A stretch of DNA of 61,625 nt, the filler included, from Choristocarpus tenellus KU-1152 (taxonomy: Eukaryota; Protista; Phaeophyceae), in the NCBI GenBank assembly GCA_964200185.2. It is 7 parts of 7 records of this genome, joined end to end, with 100 filler letters (N's around TTAATTAATTAA, not from the genome) between each part and the next. Parts side by side here need not be neighbours in the genome. Positions count along the whole stretch, not along the records: positions 22,704 to 26,298 come from CAXNAD020019052.1; positions 26,399 to 33,139 come from CAXNAD020007456.1; positions 33,240 to 46,590 come from CAXNAD020001513.1; 4 more parts are not named here. The stretch is one strand, 5' to 3'. Numbering within the stretch: the stretch's first letter is position 1; each line of letters begins with the position of its first letter. Made by a program: the position numbers and the translations under genes. The notes beneath the pieces are model-generated. The model saw nothing but the letters and a program-made list of their open reading frames with translations. It made no database searches and was not told where the DNA came from. Below, piece by piece: positions 23,477-35,961 of this stretch.

Positions 23477-26298
23477 CTTTTTTTCTTTCTCTTCTTCTCT
23501 CTTAATTATTCTAATTCTNNNNNNNNNNAAAATTTATTCCTTTCACTTTTTTTTTTTCTTTTTTTTCCCCCTCCCCCTCCCCCCCCCCCCCCCCCTCCCA
23601 CTTTATTTTTGTTTGCCCGTTTATGACACATGATAATAATAATAATAATAATATCTATGTGTAGACGATGTAATAACATTAAAAAAAATGTGTTGTACTG
23701 CTTGCCCTCTATGTGTGAAAGGTTGTCGATCAAATGCACGCCTTCCTCCAGAGGCCAGAGGTCATTGCAGTGATCGAATCAGCGCCCTTGCCTCCATCAG
23801 TATCAACTATTGTGGCACCTGAAGAAGAGGTACTGGAACGTTCTTTTGAGGTCTCCTCCATCTCAGAAGGCAGGTCCCATCATCCTCTTTGTAAATCGCA
23901 GTATCTATTGATAGCATGCACCTCACGGTATTGTTTTAGTTGGTGGTACAAGTGTCTCTGCTGCACTTTCATTATATTTTCTAATTTGGCTATGCATACA
24001 TACATACATACATACATAAATACATACAAGCATATGTATGTATGAAATGTGGGGTTAAGGTTAGGGAGATTGGATATTGTTCCCGTGCCAAATCCAACTC
24101 CCCTCCAATTTTTTCAGTTGAGGGTTATATAGGGTTAGGGTTTTATTGTACTTGTTTTTTTAGTATTATTTTTTCTAGTGAACTGATTCCGACACCAACA
24201 ATGTATTGATGATGGTTGTCATTTTCGTCCTTTTTGTCCACTGCCTTGATCGTTTTTTTAAATGTATTTTCTTATTGTGGGGTAAAATACGCAGGACGAG
24301 GAAGAGGCAAGTGGGTGGGAGACCAGCATATCCTGCTTTTTTTCATTATTAATCTATCATTCTGAAATATTTGATTATTTGTATGACTGTTGATGTTATT
24401 TTTAGGGTTAGGGGTCCTTCAGAGCAAGGTGCGTTTTAAATCATACTCACATTGCTTGAGTCGCTCCTCTGGGAGTATGGTGTGTTGTGTTTGTTTGATG
24501 ACACTCTCCACTGGTGTACATGTTGGATATATGTATATATACATTTATGAAGTAGGGTAGTGTCTTGGTATCATCACCCAGAACACGCCATGGATTTCTC
24601 TACAAGTAGATTAGATACAAAAATAAAAATTAAGCATCTGTTCCCTTTGGATGTGACTTTTTTTTTTTTCATTTTGTTTGTTGGAAAGCGAAGTACTCTT
24701 TCTGATTGTACCAACCAAGTCACCCCTCTGAGGGGGACCACTGAGCTGTGCATTTCTTTTAATTTCTTGTAGATGTATGATTGTATAGATACGAATGTAT
24801 CATTAGTGGGCACCAAGAAAATTGTTGAGGTTTAGGTTGGTAAGTGTGATAGGTCTGTTGTGGGTGGTGCTGCTTTGTATGTTCTAATATGATTTCGTGT
24901 CATGTGTGGGCTCTGATGAATTTGGCGACCACACTTTTGTTCTTTGTGAAACCCCCCCCCAAAATTGGCTCTTTGAATGGTCTCTTGCTGGTCATCTTCA
25001 CCTTGTGGCGGGCTGGTGGTATTTTTGTGTTATTTTAGGCGTTTTTTTTTTTGTTGTTGTTCTGTTGACTGTTTCAAGTGTACCCGTTTTTCAAGAGGGG
25101 TATTGAACAGGTAGGTACATTCTTAATTACGAATATTTGGTTGTGTTTGACCAGTGCAACTCAGTGGCTGGATTGTTGACTGGAGTTGGTAGTTGCACAT
25201 GGTGTGTTCAAGTAGCCTCTGCAGGGGGGTGTTGGCTGTCAGAGATTGTATTCAAGGAAGACCCCAGTTGGTTTCTAATGTTGCTGATTAAGCCCTGGAA
25301 TGATCAATCCTCCCAATAATATTTTCAATACTGTGCGGGTTGGTTAGTGTGCATGTTACGCCAAATTGCACTGGTGCCCAGCATGCTCATAAAATGCGGT
25401 GATCCTGCCAGATTTTATTGAGTGCAATACAGGTAGGAGAGTCAACACTATATGTATGTAGACCCATGGTGGTGTGTTCAATAGTTGTAAATGGGTTTTG
25501 CCCTTGAATGTCTCTTGCCCTCCTTTTAGTATGGGTGTGACTTTTGTGTATACTGTACTTGATACCAACTTTCTGTAATGTGGTTGTTACCTTGACTGCA
25601 AATATATCCTAAGGTCCAGTAAGTGATCCTCCCATGCTGTTTTTTTTATTTTATTACATGTACGAGATAACTGTTGTGTCATGCCGTCTGTGACTATCCC
25701 ATCTATATGGTCACTGTATGATAGCACAATGTCTTTTTATTTCAATACCTTTCTTTTTTGTCTGATTTTTGTTGTTGATTCTTGTTTGGCGCTGTTCCTG
25801 TGCGCCGGGCGGGGTTGGGGGGGAATTGCTTTGACGTACACGCGTGACAGATAAGACAGGAGTCGTCAACTCAAGCGAGATAGATGTGGCTGTTGCGACC
25901 ACTGAGGGACCGGGTGGACAGGAGGGTGAGGTTGCTGAAGGCACAGTTGTAGAGAATCAGAAGGCGGTGCCGGTCGAAGCAGAGACGGAAGCAAAGGATG
26001 CTGTTGTTACTGAGACAGGAGCAGGAGAAGAGGCTGGGGCGGCACCAGGAATACAAGTTGTTGAGAAAGATGTGAAGGGCACTGGAGGCGTTGTAGAAGG
26101 TCCCAAGAGTGTTGTCAGGAAGGTGAAGCCAGTTGTAGGAAAGGGAAGAGGTGATGGTAAGACTGTACGTACCACAGTTCGATCGACGGGTGGTCACTCT
26201 TCCCCTCCAATGAGAAAGGGGTCTGAGGAGGTGGGTGCAAGGGCCGGGGGTGGGGTGGGCTCCACCAGAAGACTATCGACTGGATCGACTTCCTCATC
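23054..26298 (+). CDS. Unidentified protein, internal fragment; exons 23054-23164, 23722-~23870, possibly ~24296-24311, and 25851->26298 (low complexity)
   Basis: Clean AG/GT boundaries join EKEMENNPSLDLVQEVMDLFRQATELFGAVNDSRHLQ in frame to VVDQMHAFLQRPEVIAVIES. A later open Gly/Glu/Val/Thr-rich exon runs into the gap. Linking all exons into one gene is inference. Confidence 0.55.
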
Positions 26299-26398
26299 NN
26301 NNNNNNNNNNNNNNNNNNNNNNNNNNNNNNNNNNNNNNNNNNTTAATTAATTAANNNNNNNNNNNNNNNNNNNNNNNNNNNNNNNNNNNNNNNNNNNN
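26299..26398. other. Artificial contig linker
   Basis: N44-TTAATTAATTAA-N44. Confidence 0.95.
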
Positions 26399-26478
26399 CA
26401 ACTCACACCAAAAAAGTGAAAATCGAAAAAAGGGTGAAAAACGGGCGCCGACACCCCACCCCCCAAATACTTCTCCTC
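26399..26478. mobile_element. MITE clan subtype C, right end at contig start
   Basis: GTGAAAATCGAAAAAAGGGTGAAAAACGG...AAATACTTCTCCTC, as in 29746-29918. Confidence 0.8.
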
Positions 26479-29143
26479 ATCCCCAAACGAGATCGACCAC
26501 CAATACTGGACCATATTTCAACATAAAAAAAATGAAATTACCGATTTTGTTGTAAAAAAACAGTACACGGTAAACTTGATACTGATAACTAGTCAGAAAA
26601 TCACTTGATTATTGTGTAACTCTCCTCTAAGTACAGGGCGTGCTTCAAGTGCTAGGTGCTGGTGGAGATTGTTCTCCCTCATTCTTGCTGTCAGATCTCG
26701 TCACATTGGCAGTGTACTCCCAACAATCTGCGAAGGGGTTTGACACCATTGATAGCCTCTTCCAGGCTATTTTGAGAGACTGCATTGGCCATTTCTGGCC
26801 GGGTGTCTTACTGAAGATGGGATTTGAAGATAGTGGAGGGTGAAAGTCCGAGCTACAAATAGGATTGAGTGGAAGGTATGAGTTCAGTCCTGCTCATGGG
26901 AAGTGCCACAGGGAGAGATGGAATATTGTAGCCAGTAGTACAGTGCCAAGATCTGCGAGGACCATGCAGATACGGGATGTCCCCAAAACGAGAAAAGGGT
27001 GAGGAGTTGTGTATGTCTTTCCCTAAAGGTTACTCTTTCCAACTCAAGCCTGCAGGTGAGGAGCGAACAAGGGTATCTGTCTTCACCGACAATGATATCT
27101 GTTGCTTCGGGAAAAAAATGGTGCAAAATGACTTTGTCCATGACGAGGGAGGTTAGATGTTAGTTGTAACTGAGGACGGTGTAGAAGGTGAATACAACAT
27201 GTAGTCAGTGTTCAGAAGAAAACGTCAAAGTTTAAAATTATTGGAGGAATGGGTGATGGTTTGGGTAATTCTTTGCATTGATTGTCAACCCTCTGCTGCC
27301 CTTGTCTACTGAAATGATCCGTTACAATCGCATACCAGATAGGTGCACATCGGTTGGTCGTAATGGATGACGACATTTTCGCGTTATGAGGTTTGCTGAA
27401 TTGTCAGGGAGCATGGGTAATTGTAGTTGGGTAAGTCACAAGCAGGTGGAAAAGGAGAGATGTGTGGATTAGGGAAGGAAGAACGAGGAAAATAAGACAG
27501 AAATGAGAGGAAAGGGTGCGGGGGAAGGTAGCGAGAGTCAAGTAAGGTAAAGAGGAGAAAATTTCGATGCCAAGTGTGACAAGAAAATGGTCAAGGGTAC
27601 AGAATCCGAGTATGAGGAGCTGGTGATGGCGCTGGAGTGGGAGTTTCCAGTGGTAGTGGAAATGCTCAATGGTCTGGTTGTCCAGATGCGGATGAAGAGT
27701 ACGGTACTTCTGGATTCATGTTGGTGTTTTAAGCTTGTGCCGCGTACTCCATGTACATTACATGCTGGTAAATGAAATAAGAGAATAAGATTGTAAACGA
27801 TCCCAAATGCTTTCCCTTGAAGGGTGGCCCACAGTGGCAAGCATGTGTGGGGAGCAACCACCGGTATTGTCTGCAACACCTTATGATACAGGTTAGCACA
27901 GGTGTTCGTAGACATGCTATACCTATTCTACCGCTTTGGCATCTTGCTGCTGCGTGCATGTTGTGTTGTCCTTGTGACTAATGCCACACCCCAATTTGTA
28001 CGCAACATCAAATGGATAAAAAGACTGATTTAACCCATTCTCCTCAACAATTTAAGATGGAGACTCTGACCCCTGAACTGGTGGGCTCATCTTCTCCTTT
28101 GACTGCAAAGGTCAGGTGGGTTGCGGCAGGAATACCACAGGTGAGAGCAAGACCAACAATATTTCCAACCAAATCGGTGGAGGGAAGCGCGCAATAAAGG
28201 TCAGAAACATCTACCACCTGTTGTCCCATTTGTACGATTCCCAGACCCCAGCTTACCGTATGCAACACTGAGCAGTGACAGGGAATCAATCAAGAACCCA
28301 TGTAACTTCCGTTCTTATAGTGTCCATAACAAGATGTACTATTCCAACTAAGTTAAAAATATCTACTCCAACTGAATGAAAACGGTAAAAACAAACTGGT
28401 TTTGAAAGTCTTGACACGCACAAAGACAGCAATGTCTATGCCTCCACAAGTGCCAACAACCTCTCCCCCCACAACCACGACCACAGTGTTCGGTGCATAA
28501 CGACCAAGATGAGAGATTGACAAGTTCAACCTGATCCCTTCCCACTGCTTAAATATTGTAACTTCCATCACAGCAATCACTCTTCATTGAACGTATACTC
28601 TTTCAGTAGGAAGACAATTGCAAGCATGCCGAAGCATACATGAATCTACCATTTGTGGCGGCCCCCATAGTCTTGATTGGTAATATTTCATTGGAGTTTA
28701 GTGCAAAACTCCACAAATCACTGTACTCTCTGCCCTTGCTCATTTCACTCTTTGAGACTGGATATCCGTCAAGAAAGGTGCATCCGCCTCCTCTGACCCC
28801 ATGTACTTCTTGTTGACTTCCTATTGCACGGAAATCTGGCAGCGTGTGTACACACGGCAAATAGAAACAGACTAAGTCCACCAATGAGAATGTTCTATAA
28901 CATTCATCCTCTTCACCCTCGCTCTTTCCCTTATCTGCAGAATCCCAATCCCTGACAGTTCCTCGATGCACTAATATAGCGCCCACTGTTTCACAACCAG
29001 TATGTATCACTTGCACCACACCAGCTGTGTCTGTCTTGAGTGACCTTCACCCATATCATCTTTGTACCACACCCCCCAAAACTTGTGTTATATACTTGGG
29101 GTATGCTATGTGTAGATACCCTGGCATTTTGCAGGATGTGACC

Positions 29144-29411
29144 GACCCAAAGCATTTAAGAGGGTAGGGCCGCGTCCGTTCGGGGTATTAAACCCAATGT
29201 TGCGATTGTGATGAATTTTGACTATCGTGTTTGATAGCAAGTGCCGATATCCTTGCTCCGGACACACCTTTCATAGTTGTACTCGGAAAGGTTTCGGAGT
29301 AGGTAACTGTGTTCACACAGAAAACTGAAAAAGGGCATAACAACCTGTGGGAAGCCAAGCCCCAAACAGATAAACAGGGGAAAACTCCTACCCTCTTAAA
29401 TGCTTTGGGTC
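29144..29411. mobile_element. MITE clan subtype A', full copy with a perfect 25-bp TIR
   Basis: GACCCAAAGCATTTAAGAGGGTAGG...CCTACCCTCTTAAATGCTTTGGGTC; no TSD recognisable. Confidence 0.85.
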
Positions 29412-29745
29412 TCGCCCACTTCAACGGACACCATTTCGCACTTCTTTGACTCCTTCTCTGTTACATCTTCTGTCGATGTGAAAAACTTCTTGTATTAAGC
29501 AGCAATTGCCTGCCTGATACCTGACTTCTCCCCCTTGGCCTTAGTGTCTCCAGCTGCACCCTTCTCACTCACACATGCACCGTACAACATCGTACTCTCC
29601 CAACCTGAAAAGAGACTAGTTGGGGCGTAAAATCAAGGCAAAAATACTACAACTCACACAAAATGTACCGTATCAATTTCTTGCGATCTTATGATGAAAC
29701 TTTCCGCAAGCCTCATTCCCTTCCCAGTAACCGAAAGACACCACG

Positions 29746-29918
29746 GGGTCAAACTATCTGGGGGGGTGGTTTGTGAGGGGGCGTCCATTTCGGTCAAACA
29801 ACTCTTTTTTTTNNNNNNNNNNAAGATGCGGGACGTGCGAGCAAATCACACAAAAAAAGTGAAAATCGAAAAAGCGTGAAAAACGGATGCCGACACTCCC
29901 TCCCAGATACTTCTCCTC
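29746..29918. mobile_element. MITE clan subtype C, full copy, TSD CACG
   Basis: GGGTCAAACTATCTGG...CCAGATACTTCTCCTC flanked by CACG; colinear with 1608-1787. Confidence 0.85.
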
Positions 29919-30704
29919 CACGTTCATGAATTTGGCCAACTTCAATGTGGAGAGATTTCAATCCTCCCTCATCCACCCCCTCTATTATACTAGATTGGAC
30001 AAGCTTCACCAAGGTGAGATTCGTGTTTTGGAATGAAATTGGAGGGGCTACATTAAACTTAAAGATCCATTTTTTAGTGAACATCTATGTCTCACCACTA
30101 GAACTAGGATACCTGTAGAAGAACGTATGATATTTCTTTGATTGCACATCACAGAAGTACTAACTGTTACAGAACTCTGCTACAGTGTTATACTACAAGA
30201 GTCAGTGTTGTTCCAGCATATATATATATATATTTGATTTATTTTGTTGTTGAGGTGTATATAATGAAATTGAACGTTGATTCTTGATCCTAACTGTAAC
30301 ATTTGTATTTACTATTGCTGTACTGAGGTGGTTGTCCTGGGTGACACATTTTTTAAAAGATCAAAAAGTAAAATAATATGTAATGAACATACATCCTCCT
30401 AACTTAAAACTACTTTTGTACTGTGATTCCAAACTCCCTCTATCCACTACTTGAGAAATAATAAAGTGATTGTGTACCTTGTCATAATGTCACCTTCAAG
30501 ATCCCCAAATATTTTCACAATAGGACAGGAAGAACCAAAAGAAAGGAAACTACAAATGTTCACTTCAAAGCACTCTTTCCCCAACGAGATCCTAGTTTTA
30601 TTTTTTCAACTTATATATCTTACCCTTACTTGTACTTAATACTTGTAAACTTCTCTTATTGATATTACTATATTAGTATTTACAATATAAATTATATATT
30701 TTGG

Positions 30705-31169
30705 TATTATTATATTATTATGCTCTCTGATATTTTGCAGACATGTCAGGGGGAAACCAATGAAAACTATATACGTATNNNNNNNNNNGTATGTGTATAT
30801 AAAATGTCCTAAACATAAGAATACTATAAGACCGCGTGGAAACCACCAATCAGTTACTTCACCTATTTTGGTATCAATTTGTTTTTTTATTTCATACCGT
30901 TTTCACTTTCAGTATGACAGTCTTCTACATATTATTACGTTTATGTGCATTTTCCAGATGTGTCTGTACACTTGATTTTTCCGCTAACAATCGAAAATAC
31001 ATCAGTGAAAAAAGGGAGAATGTTAAAATAATAATATGTAGTGGTTTCCACGCAATGTCTTACAGTATTCTTATCTTTAGGACATTTTATATACAAATAT
31101 GTATATAGTTTTCATTGGTTCCCCTTGACACATCTGCAAAATGTCAGAGGGCATAATAAAAAAATAATA
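30705..31169. mobile_element. Foldback-type non-autonomous element with ~130-140-bp TIRs and apparent 3-bp TSD TGG
   Basis: 30705-30848 (TATTATT...TTTTGCAGA..TGTCA.GGGG.AACCAATGAAAACTATATAC...GCGTGGAAACCAC) is the reverse complement of 31041-31169; TGG lies on both flanks. Confidence 0.75.
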
Positions 31170-31312
31170 TGGTCCACTTCCTGTAATGACCACAAACTCT
31201 ATTCACGCCACATCAACATTACGCTCATTATCCATCTGCTTCCTCACACACTAAACAATCAGGAGGACATACCCCGTCATCGAAACTCGCACTTCTCACA
31301 TTGAAACCTAAA

Positions 31313-33028
31313 ATGAGCATCACAGTCAAGGCCCCCAGCGCCCCTGCACCAGGCACCTTCCTTTTTACTTCCGAGTCCGTTAATGAGGGTCATCCTGACA
31401 AAATCTGTGACATTGTCTCAGATGCGGTCCTCGACGCATGCCTCAAGGAGGATGAGACCTCTAGGGTAGCCTGTGAGACATGCACAAAGACTGGCATGGT
31501 GATGATCTTTGGGGAGATTACAACTGCGGCAACCGTTAACTACGAGCAAGTCATCAGGGATGCCTTGAAGGACATCGGGTACGATGACACCGCGAAGGGC
31601 ATGGACCACAAGACCTGCAATGTTGTCGTGGCTGTGGAGGAGCAGTCGCCTGATATCGCGCAGTCGGTGGACTCTCAGAAAATTGAGGACATCGGGGCCG
31701 GAGACCAGGGAATTATGTTCGGGTACGCTACTGATGAGACGGAATCGCTGATGCCTCTATCTCACACTCTCGCAACCCAGCTTGGAAACCGCCTCACCGA
31801 AGTCCGAAAGAAGGGAATCGTCGACTGGTGCCGTCCTGATGGGAAGACTCAGGTGAGAGTTCATGTGACTGTCCGCAAACTTAAAATGTGTAAAATGTCC
31901 CTTTGCTAGCTGTAAGTTCTGTCATATCTCACCTATACTTCATTTTTTTTACAAGAATGAATTAACCTAATCGTTCCTTTTAGCTGCAATGAAGTGCCTC
32001 CTTACGGTTGCGAGTTGCTGGTTACTTTCAGTTTCTATTTAATTGCTTCATGTCCTCATCATCGTGGCATAAGTCAATTTCCATTATTGAAACTGTTATA
32101 TTCGAGCTTCCAACTCAGTGAGTTCAGGATCTGAACGATATGAAGGATGTGATGAAATTACCCCGTAGTGCTCACCATGTTGTAAAGGGAGCAGTTTAAA
32201 GTATTTCCTTTCGCTTGTACGCTAGCATAAGTCTCGTGCGTCACATTACCATTTGGTGAAGACCGATTTTTCTCGACCTACTGGCAGGACTTAGGATCTC
32301 ATGGATGGCTTGTTTCTTCTCACCTCCCGATCCTCTTTGCTGTCTCGTTCCTCACTCAAAAATATATCTAGGTGACAGTGGCATACAGAGAAGAGAATGG
32401 GCGCATGATCCCACAACGGGTTCACACTGTTGTCATCTCCACACAGCACGATGACGACATCAGCAATGAGAAGATCCGTGCAGACCTGATGGAGCATGTG
32501 GTCAAGGTTGTCATACCCGAGAAGTACCTTGACGAGGAGACCATTTTTCACCTCAACCCTTCAGGTCGGTTTGTGATTGGAGGGCCTCATGGTGATGCTG
32601 GACTGACAGGGCGCAAGATCATCATTGATACTTACGGTGGATGGGGTGCTCATGGTGGAGGGGCCTTCTCAGGGAAGGACACAACGAAGGTTGACCGGTC
32701 GGCGGCCTATGCCGCGCGCTGGGTTGCCAAGTCGCTAGTCAACGCAGGCCTGTGCCACCGCGTTCTGGTGCAGTTGTCATATGCTATTGGAGTTCCCTAT
32801 CCACTTTCAATCCATGTGGATTCATATGGCACAGGAAAGACTCGCTCTGGTAAGTCGGATGATGACCTGGTAGACATCATTAACAACAACTTCGATCTCA
32901 GGCCTGGGTGTATCGTGCGTGACCTTCAGTTGCGTCGGCCCATCTTCCGCAAGACTGCAGCATATTGCCACTTTGGCCGCTCTGACCCTGACTTTACATG
33001 GGAGACTCCAAAGGAGCTCACACTCTAG
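31313..33028 (+). CDS. MAT: S-adenosylmethionine synthetase (canonical MAT), 398 aa; exons 31313-31852 and 32372-33028
   Basis: [26 protein letters not shown]|VTV across a GT-AG phase-0 intron, [32 protein letters not shown]; intact ORF. Confidence 0.97.
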
Positions 33029-33139
33029 GCTATGTGGGTCTTGTCGGAGACAAGTCAACTGCGGTACCCCCCCCACAGACGTAAGATTTTTGATGTTATA
33101 ATGTAGGTGGGGTAGTGAAGATAGAGGATTGTTCGCCCA

Positions 33140-33239
33140 NNNNNNNNNNNNNNNNNNNNNNNNNNNNNNNNNNNNNNNNNNNNTTAATTAATTAANNNNN
33201 NNNNNNNNNNNNNNNNNNNNNNNNNNNNNNNNNNNNNNN
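33140..33239. other. Artificial contig linker
   Basis: N44-TTAATTAATTAA-N44. Confidence 0.95.
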
Positions 33240-33326
33240 AAAAAACCCAAAAACCGACACCAGAAAAAATCGGCCCCAAACAAACAGGCGCCACCCCCCC
33301 CCCCCCCCCCCCAGATACACTAAGCC
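33240..33326. mobile_element. MITE clan subtype B, right end at contig start
   Basis: GGCCCCAAA...poly-C...CCAGATACACTAAGCC, matching the right TIR of 1413-1591. Confidence 0.6.
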
Positions 33327-33699
33327 AGAGTGTTAGTCACCAAGCACCTCCTCCGTGCTCCTTTGTTAAAAGTTGATGCCGCCTCAAGCATCATACGCCA
33401 TTTACCCCGTTTTAAAAGTCCTTTCTGACAAAATGGCATGATGGTTTCTGGATGGTAAATTGGACATGTTCCTCTGACAGCTGTAGAATAAATACACCAG
33501 CTGCTGCCCCTCAGGCTCATAAACCCACCAAACTGACTTTGCTAACAATTCCCAAATGGTCCAAATTTTGTCCCCATAGTGACATAACCCTCAGATTTCA
33601 ACACTAACTTATCCACTTGAAAGATTCCCCTCGCCCGCGCTACCCCTCTCTGTCCTATGCACCCCCTCCTTCTGTACCCCCACTGTAATGTACTGATAG

Positions 33700-35924
33700 G
33701 CCTGAGAACCCTGTCATAGTGGGGGGTCTGATGGCAACAGAAGAAGGGCAGGCCATGGTTCGATCCAGGGTGAAGAGGCACCGCTGGCATGGCCGAACAC
33801 TCAAGTCTAACGACCCCCTAGTGATCAGTGCAGGGTGGAGGCGCTTCCAGACCACTCCAGTCTTTGCACTGGAGGATGCCAACGAGAGACAGCGGTAAGT
33901 TGACATGGAGCTACGGGGATCGGTGTGTTTGTAGGAGATGAGGGTGCAACACAGGATGCAACTACTGTGTGCTTTAATTTATTGAATGCAGTGAGTGAAG
34001 TGCCTTACAATTTATTAGTGTGTAGTCTGTACTTTGATTTCTGTGAAGTGTTATGGAACTGTGGTGGGTAGTAGGTGCTATTTCTCGTTGTCGATGTATG
34101 GATTAGGGTTAGGGATTGATGCCGACAGACTGTTCGTTCCCCATCTTAGGCTACTGTCTCCATCCACAACAGGCAGGATTACTATTCTAAAACGTGTGGG
34201 CTTGATGTTAGACAAGCTTTATACCCCAGGGGATAATGGTGCTGAACCCTCAAGAATGACCCCGTGGTTCCCTTCAAACCCCTCTCAGCCCCTCATCCTA
34301 TCCTTTCCATGTCTGAGCTGCCGCTCCAGACACCACCAGTGCTTCCCCTTCGTGACCATGCACCAACACTTGGACTCATGTTCTTCGACAGATACCTTAA
34401 ATACACACCAGAGCACATGCACTGCTTCAGCTATTTCTATGGCCCAGTTATACCACAGAACACGGGTCTCATTGCCTTCCAGGGAGTGGGCACTGCTTCA
34501 TCATCAGGTAATGGCATCTCACGCAATTATCAACCCTAACCCTACATTTTAGCAGCACCAATCTTCGATCTCTGGGAAAATTTGGTGGGGGCGTGAGGTC
34601 AGCGTTGTGTAGGATTTGAGCAGGGGACTTACATGTAGGGTTAGAGTGTACACACGAGCAAGGAGACAAAAACACTCACACAAAATAAGTTTTTTTACAC
34701 AGCCCAATTTCCTAGATTGGTGTGTTTTATGTTTGATGCCCAAGGGTGGGGCAGGGGCATTGAATTATTGGGGGCAATCCTCATCACTCACGCCTCTTGT
34801 CCCCCCAAACCTCCCTCAACACCTCTCTCCTCCTGTCAGACTTTCGTGTATCAATGACAGGTACAGTGCTCGAGCTGGATGCAAAGTTTGAGGTGGTCAA
34901 GAAGCTGAGGCTGGTGGGGTACCCTGAGAAGATATTTAAGAAGACTGCCTTCATCAAGGGCATGTTCAACTCCGACCTTGAGGTATGTGCATCATTGCAG
35001 TCGGTTTTTAACTGCATATTGTCCAAGGAAGGATGCATTGGTGTGTGTGTGTGTGTGTTACTTATTGTGTTGTGTGTATTTGTCCTTCCTGATCGTCCCA
35101 TGGCAAGCACCACTGCCATTCAGAACAGTGACCACATTTTAACTTCCATGTGTCAGTGCACAAGATGGTAGGGTTAGGGTTATTGGTGTAACTGCTTCAT
35201 TTGCATGGGATATGTTGTATCATGCTGCCTGTGGGCAAAACCTCAGGAGCTGATTGCATATTTTCCCGTAGCGTTTAAACCCCCCCCCCTGTGTTGTTCT
35301 TTTGATGGATTCGGGAAATGAGGAAACCCACCCACACAGAATTCAATCCTCCTAAAATTCAATCCTCCTAAGCCTGTCTCGAGAGTCTCTCTGATTCCTC
35401 GCTAGATTGCAAGTGTATCATGTATCTAGAGTTCCATCTTGTGTACTTGAAAGTACAACACTGAGAACAAATAGTGTGCATGTTATTTGTACGTTAGGAA
35501 ACTTGTCTCAGCAGGTGCCCTCTTTGGAGTTGGCTTAGGTTCATTTTGCCCGTGTGCCTGAACTCGATTTGTGGTGCATCCCGCGTAGGTTTCCAAGTTT
35601 GAGGGTGCTGCAGTGAGAACTGTTAGTGGTATTCGAGGTCAGCTGAAGAAGGCCTTGGGGGGAGGGGGGGAGCCAGGGCGATGCCGAGCTACATTTGAGG
35701 ACAAGATCCTCAAGTCTGACATTGTGTTTTGTCGACTGTGGGTTCCAGTGGAGATCAAGACGTGAGACCAATGGAGGGGTTGGAGCGTTTGTAGTTTGTC
35801 CAGTTGGGTTTTGGAGGACTTTGTTGGCGTTGGCTTTGTTGGCGAGTCCCTTTAGCGTTTTTCTCGTAGGTAACCTCACATATACTTGAAAGGAAAAACA
35901 TTAATTTGAGAGTGTGCTATAGAA

Positions 35925-35961
<37 letters not shown>

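Noticed and set aside
23409-23739. Poly-Pro/poly-Gly ORFs
   Set aside because: They derive from intronic poly-C/T tracts that appear duplicated around a 10-N gap; low-quality sequence.
26740-26810. Copia RT-like TRPEMANAVSQ on the minus strand
   Set aside because: A single motif without flanking YVDD, RNase H or LTR support; may be chance.
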